DNA of 63,294 nucleotides, the filler included, from Folioceros fuciformis (lineage: Eukaryota), in assembly GCA_049999805.1 (NCBI GenBank). It is 9 parts of 9 records of this genome, joined end to end, with 100 filler letters (N's around TTAATTAATTAA, not from the genome) between each part and the next. Parts side by side here need not be neighbours in the genome. Positions count along the whole stretch, not along the records: positions 36,870 to 44,078 come from JBNGIO010005784.1; positions 44,179 to 55,677 come from JBNGIO010005786.1; 7 more parts are not named here. The stretch is one strand, 5' to 3'. The notes under the pieces were generated by a model that did not search any database, was not told where the DNA came from, and saw only the letters and a list, made by a program, of their open reading frames with translations. Shown here piece after piece: positions 39,720 to 52,873 of the stretch. The position numbers and the translations under genes are program-made. The stretch's first letter is position 1. Every line of letters begins with the position of its first letter.

Positions 39720-42700
39720 CTAATAAGCATGTCTGGTTAAGAGACTCCAGGGCTTCATCCCATATCTGTCACTACAAGAAGTCGTTCTCTGAGTATAGGA
39801 ATGTGACACCTGGTCAGTTTGTACTTCTTGGGGATGACAGTGGCCTCCAGATCGAAGGCATAGGGTCTGTCCCTGTCTTACTTCCAGATAGAACAATGTT
39901 GGGATACCTGGTTACAAGGTTCATATAACCACGTCACTCGGGTTTAGTATATTTAAGTTATCTAGCCCTAATCTGAACAGTCACTTAGTCTTTGTGTATT
40001 TAAACACTTTGTTGATTGCTAAATGATATATCTTTTGCCAAGTTTCTCTTCTCATGCTCTCTGCTCTAGGAAACCTGACAAACAACACTTGTTCTTATGG
40101 ATGTCCTCCATGTACCCTCCATGGTCAAAAACCTTGTGTGTGTATGCAAGTTAACAACACACAACTATCTAGATGTCTCTTTTAAAGGCCTGCAATGCAC
40201 TGTCACAGATCCCCAGTATAAGAATAAGGTCTTAGCAACAGGTGCTCCCTTTCACGACCTGTATCAGCTGAACATTTCCTCCAAGCTTGGTCTCAAACCT
40301 ACACACGCACATGTCAACATCAGTCTTGAAACCAAGAAGAAAGAAGCAGTCATGTTGTGGCACTGCAGACTTGCTCATGTTAACTTTGACAAGCTAAAGG
40401 TGACGGTGGCCAGCAACAATCTCTACAGAGAAAGATTTATGCTTCAATTTGCTGACAGACAGTTCTGTGAGTCATGTGTGTTTGGTAAACATCATCGGCT
40501 TCCATACAAGGATGTGAACCCTACTCGAGCTACCAAGGCACTAGAGCTGGTCCACACTGACCTGTGCGGGCCTATGTCCACAGCATCCCTAGGCGGAGCC
40601 CTATACTTCTTAACTTTTCTGGACGACTGGAGCAAGTACGTAGTGGTGTACCTCATGAAGGAGAAAAGCTAGAACCTTGGCTGTTTCCAAGAGTACGTTC
40701 CATATGCACAATGGCATACTAGAGACACTCATTGCACTGCGCAGCGACAACGGTGGTGAATTTACATCAAATACTTTCAAGGATTATTGCAAGGAGCTGG
40801 GGATAGTCAAGCAACTCACCGTACCTTATACTTCCTTGCAAAATCCACTTGCTAAGCTCAGTAACAAGCATCTTCAGGAATCTGCTAAGTCCATGCTTAA
40901 GCTGTCCGGTCTTTTCCGTGAGTACTGGGTAGAAGCCATAGCTACAGTAGTCTACGTCCGAAATAGGTTACCTATGAGTGCTTTCTCGGGTGCCACTCCC
41001 TTCCAACGATGGACTAATCATAGGCCCCGTATTAACCACTTAAGGATATTTGGCTCCCCAACTTACGCACACCTGTCTGAACAACAAAGGATTAAGTTAG
41101 ATTACAAAGCTCGTAAGTATGTCTTCATTGGATATACAGAAGGCATCAAAGGGTATAAGCTATTTGATCCCTCTGCTAGGACAATAACACGTGCACATAG
41201 TGTCGTGTTTAACGAGCAATTACTTCTAATACATACCTTAGTAGATGAATCACAATCTGGCCCGGATGATAGCCAAGAGGGCATTACAAGTCAGTCAGCC
41301 AGTCTCCCTCATCTTCCAGTCAACCAGAACCCAACTAGTTCAAATTCACATCACTCTGATAGTGACATAGAGGAGGAACTCTCGGACTTCCCTGATGATG
41401 ATTATGAGGGATGTTCCGATAATGATACATTTGCACCAGAGATGGACACTAGTCAACCCTCCATGGAAGAGGACTCGGTAATTGAAGAACTGCAAGATAG
41501 CATACCTGAACCCGAAGAGGCTAAAGCTCCAAGGCGAAGTTCTCGCAGACACACATCAACTCTTGCAGACTCGAAGGAACCCCCACTGACATACCAGTCA
41601 TTTCTCGTACAAGACGGTGCTGAACCTTTGGACCTTGGAGAGCCGCAATCCTATCAAGAAGCTATTAACTCTACAGACAAAGAAAAATGGATTGCTGCTA
41701 TTCAACCAGAGTATTAGTCCATTGTGGACAACAAGACCTGAGTACTTGAGGACCTACCCCCTAGACGAAAGCCAGTCACTTGCAAATGGGTGTTTAAAAA
41801 AAAGTTGGTTGCAGATGGTACTGTTGCACGTTTTAAGGCAAGACTCATTGCCCGAGGATACAGCCAAGTTGAAGGGTTGGATTACATGGAGACATTCTCC
41901 CCTGTGGTACGTGCTACCTCGATTTGAGCCTTGCTTGCAGTAGCTACACAACACGGTTACATGTTACACCACATGGACGTCAAAACAGCCTTCCTGAACG
42001 GAACACTTGAAGAGACTATCTATATGCGGCAACCTGAAGGCTTCGTCAACCCAAAGCAACCAACAAAAGTATGTAGACTTGTAAAAACTCTGTACGGCCT
42101 CAAGTAGTCCCCTCAAGAATGGTATAAGCGTATCGACACTTACCTGAAAAACTGTGGGTTTGTCCAGAGCATTGTAGACTCCAATGTATACATGCTACAT
42201 GATAGTAAGGGTGTCTGTTTCCTTGCTTTATATGTCGACGATGTAGTGATAATTGTAAGTAGTCCTGAGCTGATGTCAAAAGTCAAAGCCATTTTGACAT
42301 CCGAGTTTTCAATGACAAATCTTTGTCAACTTAAGTTCTTCTTAGGTGTACAAATCCAGCAAAACCTATCTAGACACGTGGTCTTCATTCACCAAGCACA
42401 CTTTGTGCATCAAGTCTTGGCACGTTTTAGGCTCCAAAATGCATCCCCTGCAGCCACAACCATGGTAGTAGGAGAAAAACTATCCCTTGAGCAATCACCC
42501 AAAACTAAAGATGAAAGGATGCAAATGGAAAAAATACCGTACAGATCTGCAGTGGGAGTGCTGATATATTTCTAGAACTTGACAAGTTCGGAGCTGTCTC
42601 ATGCAGTTGGAGTCACTTCCCGATTCCTCACCAACTATGGCTCAACTCATTAGGTAGCTGTACAAAGATGCATGCGCTATCTTGGAGGCACTCCGAAGCT

Positions 42701-43230
42701 TGGGCTACTATACAAACAACGACCTACAAACCTGCGCCTAACATGCTTCTATGACGTAGAATGGGCTGCTGATATTGACAGCCGACGCTCAATCTCAGCC
42801 AACTGTCTGATGCTAGGAATCGACGAGCATCAAGCCACAATAATCTCATGGCACAGTAAGAAGCAACCCATAGTAGCTCTCTCCTTCACCGAAGCTGAGT
42901 ACATTGCTGCAACGACGGCAGCACAAGACATCTTGCATGGGAGAGAGTTATTGGGCTCACTAGGAGAAACACAATCAGCACCTAACTTGTTGCTGAGCGA
43001 CAACCAGCTGGCCATTGCGCTAGCGCAGAATCCAATCCTCCACTCCAGAACAAAGCATATTGAGATCAAGCATCACTTTATCAGACAGGTTGTAGTAGAA
43101 GGGTAGGCCTCACTACTCTATGTGTCCACACACGAAAATATATCAAACGTGCTCACAAAATCACTACCCTGGGACAAGCACGAGAGATTCACAGAAGCCA
43201 TGGGGTTAGTGGAAGATCCGCATGCATAAT
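39720..43230 (+). mobile_element. Ty1/Copia retrotransposon 3 pol region, degenerate
   Basis: Protease WLRDSRASSHIC, LWHCRLAH, VHTDLCGP, RSDNGGEF, RT YVDD and RNase H FYDVEWAAD..RTKHIEIKHHFIR. Confidence 0.94.
39897..40080. mobile_element. Solo LTR nested in Copia 3 protease region
   Basis: TGTTGG...CTGACA with the TSD AACAA (39892-39896 and 40081-40085). Confidence 0.9.
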
Positions 43231-44178
43231 CTGCATCACCCACCTAGCTAGCACTACTTCTAATCCATAGCAGCACCAGCAGAAACAGAGCGGCCTGCAC
43301 CAGCTCGCCCTCGGCCATCTCTCAAACCTACAAAAGGATTCAAGCATACTGTGAAGTTACTAGAGAGTAAAAGCACACGTAATACTTGTGTGATCCTCCA
43401 AAGTTTGGGGTAGTAGTTTGTTTTGGTTGAAAAAGGGTTAATAGTGGTATGGTTTGGTTTTCTTTTTCTACTTATTTTCCCTAATTTTCCTTTATTTTCT
43501 GGTCATTTTTCCTATTTTTCTTTGTGCTAATTAGGTTAATTGACTAGGAAATAGTTGGTTTCGTTATAAGAGTGGGTATAGGTTTGGTCCCAGACGTGGG
43601 AAGGTTTAGGTTCGGTACCAGGCCATAGGGTTGGGTAATTAGTTTAATATTAATTAAAGGTATACAATATTAAATGATTAAATAATAAAATAAAATAATA
43701 AAATAAAATAATGGTTTGAACATAGGAACGGGTATCTGGGTATGTCAGTGTCAAGGGTCAAGGTCTGACGATAGGCTGGCTGATTGCTTGGCTGGCATAA
43801 AAGGCCATGGAGGCCATGCCCTAGCAAGAGCTAGAGGCAGGGGTTGCGGCCGCCCCCATCCCTTTTCCCCCTTTCTCCCTTCCTCCTCCATTCCCTTCTT
43901 GCCCCCTTCCTCTTCTTCCTCCCTTCTCAATCTTCCCTCCCTGTTTCTTCTTTGAATCTAGATTGCAGGCAAGAGGAGGGATCGACGAGTGATGGGAGCG
44001 AGTGTGTGCAGGAGAGGAGGCTAAGGCGAGCTGCAGGATCCGGTTGATTCCCGGCCAGGCCTGCTTTCTTCTTCTTTCNNNNNNNNNNNNNNNNNNNNNN
44101 NNNNNNNNNNNNNNNNNNNNNNTTAATTAATTAANNNNNNNNNNNNNNNNNNNNNNNNNNNNNNNNNNNNNNNNNNNN

Positions 44179-47146
44179 CTAAGGTACTGGCTAACCGAAT
44201 TACTCCCTTTCTTGATGATTGGATTAAGAAAGAACAGCAAGGGGTTATTCAAAACAGGTGCATCTTGGACAACCTTTTACTCTTGCGGGAAGCAAAATAC
44301 AACACTCAGGCACAGAAGAAAGCCGTCGTCTTCATTTCCCTTGACTTTTACAAGGCCTATGATTTTGTTGAATGGCATTTCCTGTGGCGATGTTTGCGTA
44401 GTTTCGGGTTTGGGAACAATTTCTGCAAATGGACTGCCATTTTGTGTGAAGACGCAGGAGCCAAGGTGGCTGTAAATGGGTCCTTTACGGAACATTTTGA
44501 CATCTCTTGGTCGGTACATCAGGGTTGCCCCCTTGCTCCGTTCTTATTTATTATCGTCACTGACTTCTTTCTCAGAGCAGTCAAGCAAGATCCGGCAGTG
44601 GTGGGAATTCAAAACCCAAATGGAACGCAGTTGAGGGTCTCTGCATTTGTAGATTATACTCTACTCTTTTCTTCGGCTGAGAAGGCCTCATTGAAAGCGC
44701 TGCTCCAACAAGTCAAGGTCTTTGGCGAATTATCTGGTTGTAAGGTGAATTGGAGTAAGACGCGCATGATGTGTCTCCACTTGGATGGGGGGCTTACCCA
44801 ATGCATCAACCACATCAGGCGAGTGACTCCGGGTTTGACGCACAAGTATTTGGGGCTTCCATTTCAAGAGGAGGATGAGAATGGGGAGATTGGGAAGTAT
44901 GTTTGCCTCAGGGTCGTTCGCAAAGCGGCTAGTCTTCAGCTGCTTGAGCTCAATCTGGCAGGTAGGTTGGTAGTGATTAATCATATCCTTACTGCCTCTT
45001 TATGGTATTATCTGTTCTTATGGGCCCCTTCCAAGTTAGAGGTGAAACGCTTACAACAGGTGCTGACCTCCTTTCTGTGGAAACACTCGAGGAATAGCAT
45101 GGCCGGGTGTTCTAAAGTGGCTTGGCAGCATATTATTTAGGCACGTGGGTTGGGGGGTCTTGGGGTGGTGGATCCGGTCCCCAAGATGAAAGTGTTGCAT
45201 GCCCAGTGGGTTGTCAGGGCAGCCGATCCGGCGTCCTATACTTGGAAGAGCCTTCTAACTCAACATCTGGACTGCACCCAAGCTGTCCCCCGGGGAAGAA
45301 GATCTATCGACAACATTCTGGCCGACAAACCGATTCTCAATATTGCTGGATGCTCCCCACTCTTCAAGTCCCTCTAGAGCAGCTACTTGGAGGTTAACCG
45401 ATACCTTACTCTGCGAATGATGTTCTTGGTATTCCTTTGCAGGGTCTCGAGGTTGTGGGTGCAGGAATTCAGGTCAAGGGTATATCGGTCACAAATTTTT
45501 GGGTTGGCCTACCGGAGAGGCGTGATCCAACTTGGCCATCTATGGAATAGATCTGAGTCTCGGTGGAAGGAGATAGAGGAGGTCAAAGGGGAGTTTGGTC
45601 TAGGGACCCGGCAGGTCAGACTCATCTTTTCGTGGTTGCACGAGGGTTTGGAGGAAAAGGTGCAACAGGTCTTAAGGCGACAACCAGTCTTGGGAGGGGA
45701 TGGGTGGTATGTGTACCCCATGGATAGTAGTGGAGCCGACTTGGAGGAGGAAGATGACCAGGCGGAAGACTTAGAACTAGATAAGGCAATCTGGCTTGCC
45801 AGATCGGATGGCAATGAGACGCTGAAGTCGTTCAAGGTCGTGTTACCGGATGGACTTTTGGAAGAGCAGGGCAGGGAGGACGGGGTAGCCTGAGGAGGGG
45901 ATTTTCGGGCTATGACTGTCCTCGTCAAGTCCTTTCGGGTAGGGCGATGGTGCAGCACAGGTGAACTCCCAAGTGGGCCGAAAGTCTTCGACAAAGCAAA
46001 GGTCCAACACTAGTTTCGACTTTGCGAGAATTGGGCCCTGACCCTCAGACCAAATCTCTAAAAGTGGCCCAGACGACCGGGATGCAAGAAGGCTACCCCT
46101 CGGTCCTTCTTCAATTTCCCGACGGCGGACCTGTTTCTCTGGTTGGTGCGCGTGCAGAAAATCATTCGAAGACAACCAATGGCCCCCCGATTGCAATTAG
46201 CTGGACAGCGTCAAAGGGAAGCCATCAAAATTCTTTGGAAGTCCGCTGGTATCCCTCCCAAGGTGAGATATACGGTNNNNNNNNNNNNNNNNNNNNNNNN
46301 NNNNNNNNNNNNNNNNNNNNNNNNNNNNNNNNNNNNNNNNNNNNNNNNNNNNNNNNNNNNNNNNNNNNNNNNNNNNCCAAGGTGAGATATACGGTTTGGT
46401 GTTTTTTTCAAGCGTGTTTGCCTAATGCGGATTGGTGGGATGGCCTTTTAGCCGCAACGGGGGAGGATGTGTGTCGATTGTGCACCGCTGGGGCCTCGAA
46501 CAAGAGCCAACATATGTTCTATCATTGCAACTTTGCCCAAGAGATCTGGAGAGAGGTTGGCATGTGGCTCTGTTTGATTTTTCCTAGCGCAAACCTCAGG
46601 ATAACGGCACAATCAGTCTTATTTGGGCTGGACGCATCCTCATGCAAACCTCTCCTTAAAACATAGTGGTGGGGATTACTGTGGTTGTCTTGCATTTTCC
46701 ATCTATGGGTCAACTAGTCCGCAGTGGTTTATGGAGGAAAGGACTCAGCCTCTGCGAAAACTTTGTTGTGGCGCATATGGGAGCATTTGTTGACTGCAGC
46801 AGAAGCGTTGGAGCAATCTCGTCGGAAGTGGTTTCAGCGAAAAGATTGGAGGATGGCGGGTTTCCTAGCACCGGGGAAGGTACACGCTGGAATACTTGTG
46901 CCCCTGGGCACGATGAGCCTCAAAGGCCGGGGGAGACCCCAAAGGGTGAGTATAAATGGCTTAGGCAGTTTGAGGGCACCATAGTGTAGGGGAGTGCTCC
47001 TTGAGCGGCTTGTCCTGAGTTTTGGACTCAAAGACCTTTTTTTCTCCCCCTCTTCTCTGGTGCCTGCGCTTGTACATACGTTTGAAGGTCCCCATAGTGG
47101 TGGGCCTCTGCCAATGAATCAGATGTTTTTTCGCGATAAAAAAACA
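44179..47146 (+). mobile_element. L1-clade LINE ORF2 (RT + zf-RVT), degenerate, with A-rich 3' end
   Basis: LDFYKAYDFVEW, VHQGCPLAPFLF, KYLGLP, KVAW, GGLGV and CRLC..HMFYHC..AQEIW; ends in TTTTTTCGCGATAAAAAAAC. Confidence 0.92.
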
Positions 47147-47430
47147 AACTTCCTTCCCCGAACCAGTCCTTGGTTATGCAAAACTGCGCAAGCTGGCCAT
47201 CTGCCTCTTCCTACTTAAACGTGCAATAGTAGCTGTATTCGAAGAATTGACCCTGCGGATACGTCACTGACAGGCAGTATCAGAACTCTTCAGCCATTTC
47301 CAACACAGAGCAAAGGGGTGGCTATGGAATAGCAGAAAAGCAGTTAGTGGTCAGCAAAGGGCAGCATCAGGAGTTGCCCAAGGAGCAATTGGTTTGTGGC
47401 AAGTAACTCCTCTTCCTTACCTTCCTGGAT

Positions 47431-48985
47431 GTGCATCTTCCTGTGTGCTCATATACTGAACAGGGCCCCACCTTCTGCATGCAATGTTGCAGATTGGGAC
47501 GAGATGACAGTTGTCGAGTTGGAAAGTTGCATGCAAGGGACCAGGACGAGCTACAGCTCGAACATGAATTGCAGGCTGTGGAAGCTTTGCAACAGCAAGG
47601 CATTCGTCTTTTGACAAACATCCTGTACAGTCTCCTGCAAAGGTGCATTGAAAAGATAGATTTGGATGTGGGCAGACGAGTTCACTCCGTTATTATCAGA
47701 AGTGGATGTCAGTCCAACGCGTTTCTTGGAAACCACCTGATCCGGATGTATGCTGCTTGCGGGAGTTTGGCGGAAGCTAAGGAAGTGTTCAGCAGACTGC
47801 ATGCTCCGAATGTGTTTGTTTGGGAGTCAATGATATCAATGATACCCTTTCCAACATTCTGAAAGCATGCTCTAGTGTGGCAGCACTTGACGAAGGCAGG
47901 GCAATACGTGCTCGCATCGTGGAAATCAGCTACGACTCTAACTTGTATATCGGAAGCAGTCATTGATATGTATGTCAAGTGCGGGAGCTTGTGTAATGCA
48001 CGCAGGGTGTTGGATAGAATGCCAAAACGTGACAGGGTGGTATGGACTGCCATGCTTGCAAGATATGCACAACATGGAGATGGTAATGAAGCATTCCGGC
48101 TTTTGCAGCAGATGCAATCAAAGGGAATGCGTCCCGACAAGGTGACGATGCTGAGCATCCTCAAAGCATGTTCCACCATAGCTGCTCTGAAGCAGGGTCG
48201 ACAGCTTGATGCACATACCGTGGAGACTGGCCTTGACACAGATGTGTCTATGGGCAACACTCTGATTGACATGTATGGAAAATGTGGGAGTTTGGAAGAT
48301 GCAAGAACCGTGTTCCAAGGACTGGCAGAGAAGGATCTGGTGTCTTGGAATGCGATGGGTGGATATTCCTAGTATGGAGGTGGTGAGATGGCCCTTCAGC
48401 TCTTCTATCAAATGCGGAGAGAGGGCGTACATCCCAACAAGGCCACATTCGTCTGTTTACTCTCTGCCTGCAGTCACAGTGACTTGTTAGAGGAAGGAAC
48501 CCGCCTCGTTCAGGCCAATGAGTATGAGCAATACGATGTGGCTGCTGACATGGACCACTATTTATGCATGATCGACATGTTAGGCCGGTCAGGTCGCCTA
48601 GACGAAGCTGACGACTTGATCACCAGTCTGCCTGTGCAGGCCGACAGCAGCTGGATGTCTCTTCTGGGAGCAAGCCGAATCCACAGAAACTTGGACATAA
48701 GGAGAACTCTCATTTGAGGCTATCTTAAAGCTAGACCCGACCATCGCTGCATCATATGTCATCATGGGAGATATCTATGGCGCTGCTGGCAGGCTGGACG
48801 ACAAGGCAAGCATAAGGAAGATGATGCAGAAAGCGGGTGCAAGAAAGGAACCTGGACGCACATGGATGGAACTTGACAGCCGGGTCCGCACCTTCCTCGT
48901 CGAAGACAAAGAGCATCCTGAAAGGATCTTAAGAAGTCTACACAAATCTCGATGGAATCAATGGGAACATTGCAATCGCAGGCCT
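47431..48985 (+). pseudogene. PPR protein, PLS class with E/E+ domains, pseudogene
   Basis: Repeats NHLIRMYAACGSL, DMYVKCGSL, WTAMLARYAQHG and NTLIDMYGKCGSL; E+ segment KEPGRTWMELDSRVRTFLVEDKEHP; several frameshifts and stops. Confidence 0.93.
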
Positions 48986-49139
48986 GCTGTGATTGCTGCC
49001 CTGTCCCACCCTGTCCCAACAGATCTATGAGGCAGCTTGTCTGTGGATCAGGTAGCATATACTGGATCCTTCCCAAAAAACTTGGCCATAAGGCTAACGG
49101 AGCGAACGTTGGATTACATCTCCTCGTCACGTGGACGGA

Positions 49140-50366
49140 TGTTATTAGACTAAGTTTCTATAGGACATTGACACGATACGCCTATTATCTCGAACTTGGA
49201 CATGATAATGAGACACAATAAGCGAGTTATCGGGCAGATTGAGTCTACTTAGCCGACTTCACGACCGGCTGAGTTGGATTGAGTCGACTCGGCGGGCAGA
49301 ACCAGAGACTTGCGTAGGCGCAGTCCTGGAGCTCGGCGAGAGTTTGAAGAGGAGCCAGGGTGCAACAGTCGCGTCAAAGCCCGCTCGATGGTTTCTCGGA
49401 AGAGCAAGGACAACGACAATGGGGCTGCACAACTAGCACGATGGCTGGCGAAGTCACCGTGGGTGAAGACAGGGAGGGCATAGTCCGTATGCTAGCTGTT
49501 CTTGTTTTGGGGAACCTCCCAAAAGTAGACCTCGGGCCTGAGGCTCATCATTTCGGCACAGCAACAAGTCTTGATACATGGTACTCATCGCTGGCTGCAG
49601 GGCATGGCATCAATCCTCTAGTCCCCACAATTTAAATGCGTACATGCCCACCAGGCTGGTGCCATATGTCATTGAGGCAGCAGCGTCCTCACCTGTTTAA
49701 TGCACTCACAGCTTAGAACGAAAAACGGACTGTTCCTCTTTCGCCTATGCAAGCAATCTGACTTTTTCTCCCCGCAACAGGCATGATGCAGTATGTGTAT
49801 CCGAGGTACAGTGTAATGGTCGATTTGAAGGAACCCAAAAGGGCATTCTCATTCAACGCGCTTGGTCCAGACTAACCGCGTTTTTCTCCTGATGAGGCCA
49901 AAGGAAGGGAGCTTAGGTGCTGGGTCCTAAAGCTGATTTTTCATTCAAAATGAATTCACGAAATTTGGCCCTTCGTGCTTGGTCTGGACAAACCGCGTTT
50001 CCCCCTGATGTGAGTCCGAAGGACGGGTCGTGCCGATGACTGGGCTAGGAACCTTGCTGACCAGTGAGCTGAGCTGAGCTCAGTTGGGTCCTAGCGCCTA
50101 GATACCTGCTGTACTGTCATGAACCGGATTTCGTTGAGCAACGAACAGACACGGGAACGTACTTGCATTAGGAATCAGTCCCCCTGCTAGCCACGAAGCC
50201 GGGCATAAAAGGTCGAGCTTGCGGAGTACATGCCACATATTGCGGTGATAACCTCACCGTGATTGTGGCTTAGAGCGGTTTATCTGCCTGAGACTACTAT
50301 CGCCATGATCGCCGTGATCATGGCTTACAGCGGGTTATCTGCCTCTAATGCCATTTGCCCGCGACA
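49140..50366 (-). repeat. Probable 3' LTR of the chromoviral Gypsy
   Basis: On the minus strand it begins TGTCGCGGG right after the chromodomain and a short purine run. The far end (TGTTA at 49140 on +) is tentative. Confidence 0.4.
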
Positions 50367-52440
50367 ACTTCCCGGGGGAGAAGAGGCTGCGTCCTCGAAG
50401 CCGGGAAGACAGAGGTAGTGAGCACGAGCATAGGCGCGAATAAAGTCAAGGGAGCGAGAAAGATTGGGAAGGGATTCCCATGAGGCATCGCTAATAGGGA
50501 AACGTTTCCGAAGCACTAGGAACTCATACCGATGGCGAATACGGCGATGACGGATGAGGCTCTCTACTTCGTATGTGGGGCCATCATGACAAGTATCTAC
50601 CGGGGCCGGGACAGCACGTGGGTGGCCACGATACAATTTGAGCAGGGAAACATGAAAGAGAGGATGAACACGAGATTCGGGAGGAAGGGCATTAGGCAAC
50701 AAGGCCAATGCGCCTGAGGATACGGTAAGGACCAATAAAGCGAGGGAAGATCTTTCGAATGCTCGATAGGGACAGATTCCGGGTAGACAAGCAAACCATA
50801 GGTACCTACCGTAAATCCTGAGGGCGCCGACGCTGATTGGCATATTGGGCTTGGCGATTCTGGGCCTCATGAGTGAACTGGCAAGCCTGCTGTTGGACTT
50901 GAGTACGCTGGTGGTATCAGAGCAAGCGGCATTAGAGGCAGATAACCTGCTGTAAGCCATGATCACGGTGAACTGCCTGCCAGAAATGGGATGTAAATCT
51001 AGAGTCACGGTCGCTCACAAGGGAGCGAGGCAAGCCATGGGCACGATAAACCACCTTCAAGAATAGATCAGTAGTCTGTTCAGCAGAGCATGTCTCCGTA
51101 GTCGGGGCAAGAAGCACTTGATGGGTGAGTTTATCCGTGAAGACCAGCAACGTATCAAAGCCGGTATTGGTGCGAGGCAGGCCAGTTACAAAGTCAAGGT
51201 AACAGGCAAGGGTTGGAGCAAGCCGGCAGGTCGTTGGTAAGAGGCTTTGTTGTGCTGACATAAGTCGCAGAGAAGAACATAGTCTCGAACATCCTGATTG
51301 AGCTAAGGCCAAAAATAATGCCGACTGAGGGTGGTGGTAGTACGATTTACACCCTAATGACCTGCAGATGGGGCATCGTGGGCCTCGGAAAGCAAAACCC
51401 TGCGGATATGGGGAACCTGTGGGATGAAGAGCCGGTGACGATACCATAGCAAGCCATCCTCTGCTCAGTCCAGTCAGTGGAACCATCTCGAAGAGCCTGA
51501 AAGGCACATTTAGCATCCGCATCCTGTAGAAGGGCCCTGGCAATTTCATCCCGCCAATCGGATTGAATCCGTAAGTCCGACAGTGCGTTGGTTGAACCCT
51601 ACTCAAAGCATCAGCAACTTGGTTATGATGGCCTTTGATGGACCGGATCTTGTACTGGTATTGCTGGAGCAACTCAAGCCATCAGGCTTGCTTGCGAGAG
51701 AGAGTGGTCTGTGTCTGGAGATAAATAAGAGGGCAATGGTCTGTCTCAAGTTCGAAAGGGGCGCCCTCTAAAAAACAACGCCATGTCTTTAATGCCAGGA
51801 TCTGAGCCAAGGTCTCCTTCTCGCTGGTTGTCCAGTTCAAATCGGCACCCTTCAACTTTCGCGAGAAGTACGCAATCAGTTGGTGGCCTTGGCCATAACG
51901 GCAAGGTCGGAGGCATCGGCTGTAACAATAAAAGGTAAGGCTGGGTTTGGGTATGCCAACACAGGGGCAGTCACCAAAGCAGTCTGGATAGCACGAAAAG
52001 CGTTGTCTTGAGCAGCACCCCAAGTCCAAACTTGGCCGCATTGAAGTAATTGCGTGAGTGGGCCAGCTATATGAGAAAATCGTGAAACAAACTTACGGTA
52101 ATATGATGCAAGGCTGAGGAAGCTCTGTACATCGTGTGCTTGCCGAGGGATCAGCCAGTCCTTAACGACTTGAATCTTGGCGGGGTCTACACGAATACCC
52201 TCAGCATCAATAATATGCCCTAAGTATTCCAGGCGCTTCTGCAAGAACTCACACTTCGGAGCTTGGACATAGAGATGATGAGCCCACAATCGTCATAACG
52301 CCTCTCTCAAGCGTCAATCATGTTCCTCACGGGTAGCCCCATACACCAGGATGTCATCGAGGTACACAAGCACCCCTTGATTAATCATGCCATAAAATAC
52401 TTTGTTCATTAGGGTTTGGAACGATGCTGGCGCGTTACAA
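50367..52440 (-). mobile_element. Ty3/Gypsy chromovirus pol (RT-RH-INT-chromodomain) with internal deletions
   Basis: KCEFLQKRLEYLGH, FIVTADASD, AYFSRKL..ETDH, DFVTGLP, SDRDSRF, VHPLFHVSLLK and chromodomain YEVESLIRHR..EFLV..DASWES. Confidence 0.93.
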
Positions 52441-52535
52441 CTGGCTACATACCTGAAGGGGGCGGCCCTATTGTGGTGGGTGCACTTGCTTCAGTCGATT
52501 TCGCAAGGGGCGGCCACAGCGCCTCGGAGCTAGTA
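52441..52535 (+). mobile_element. Gypsy gag fragment in opposite orientation to the adjacent pol
   Basis: Translates LATYLKGAALLWWVHL, a retrotransposon gag motif. Confidence 0.55.
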
Positions 52536-52873
52536 ACGCTACAAACGTTGTAGCCAGACGGTTTGTCGTCCAGGCTTCTTTCCAAGATTCCAGGTAAGTT
52601 ACCTTGTGAGGCCTGTGACATTTCGTTAGTAATATATGCTCTCTTTGGCTTTCATGACATGGCCAATGGTTGTGCGTTACAGGTTAAGTTACGACAAATC
52701 TTGTTTAATGGACCCTAGGGTATGCAGTGTCATCCATATAGCATTGCATATACGTAATTTTGGACGTATTTTTNNNNNNNNNNNNNNNNNNNNNNNNNNN
52801 NNNNNNNNNNNNNNNNNNNNNNNNNNNNNNNNNNNNNNNNNNNNNNNNNNNNNNNNNNNNNNNNNNNNNNNNN

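Noticed and set aside
43400-44078. 3' LTR of Copia 3
   Set aside because: AT-rich then CT-rich, but no clear PPT-TG boundary or matching copy in the window.
48930-49140. DYW deaminase domain after the PPR E+ domain
   Set aside because: No HSE/CxxC/DYW motifs are visible; the gene appears to end or be truncated here.
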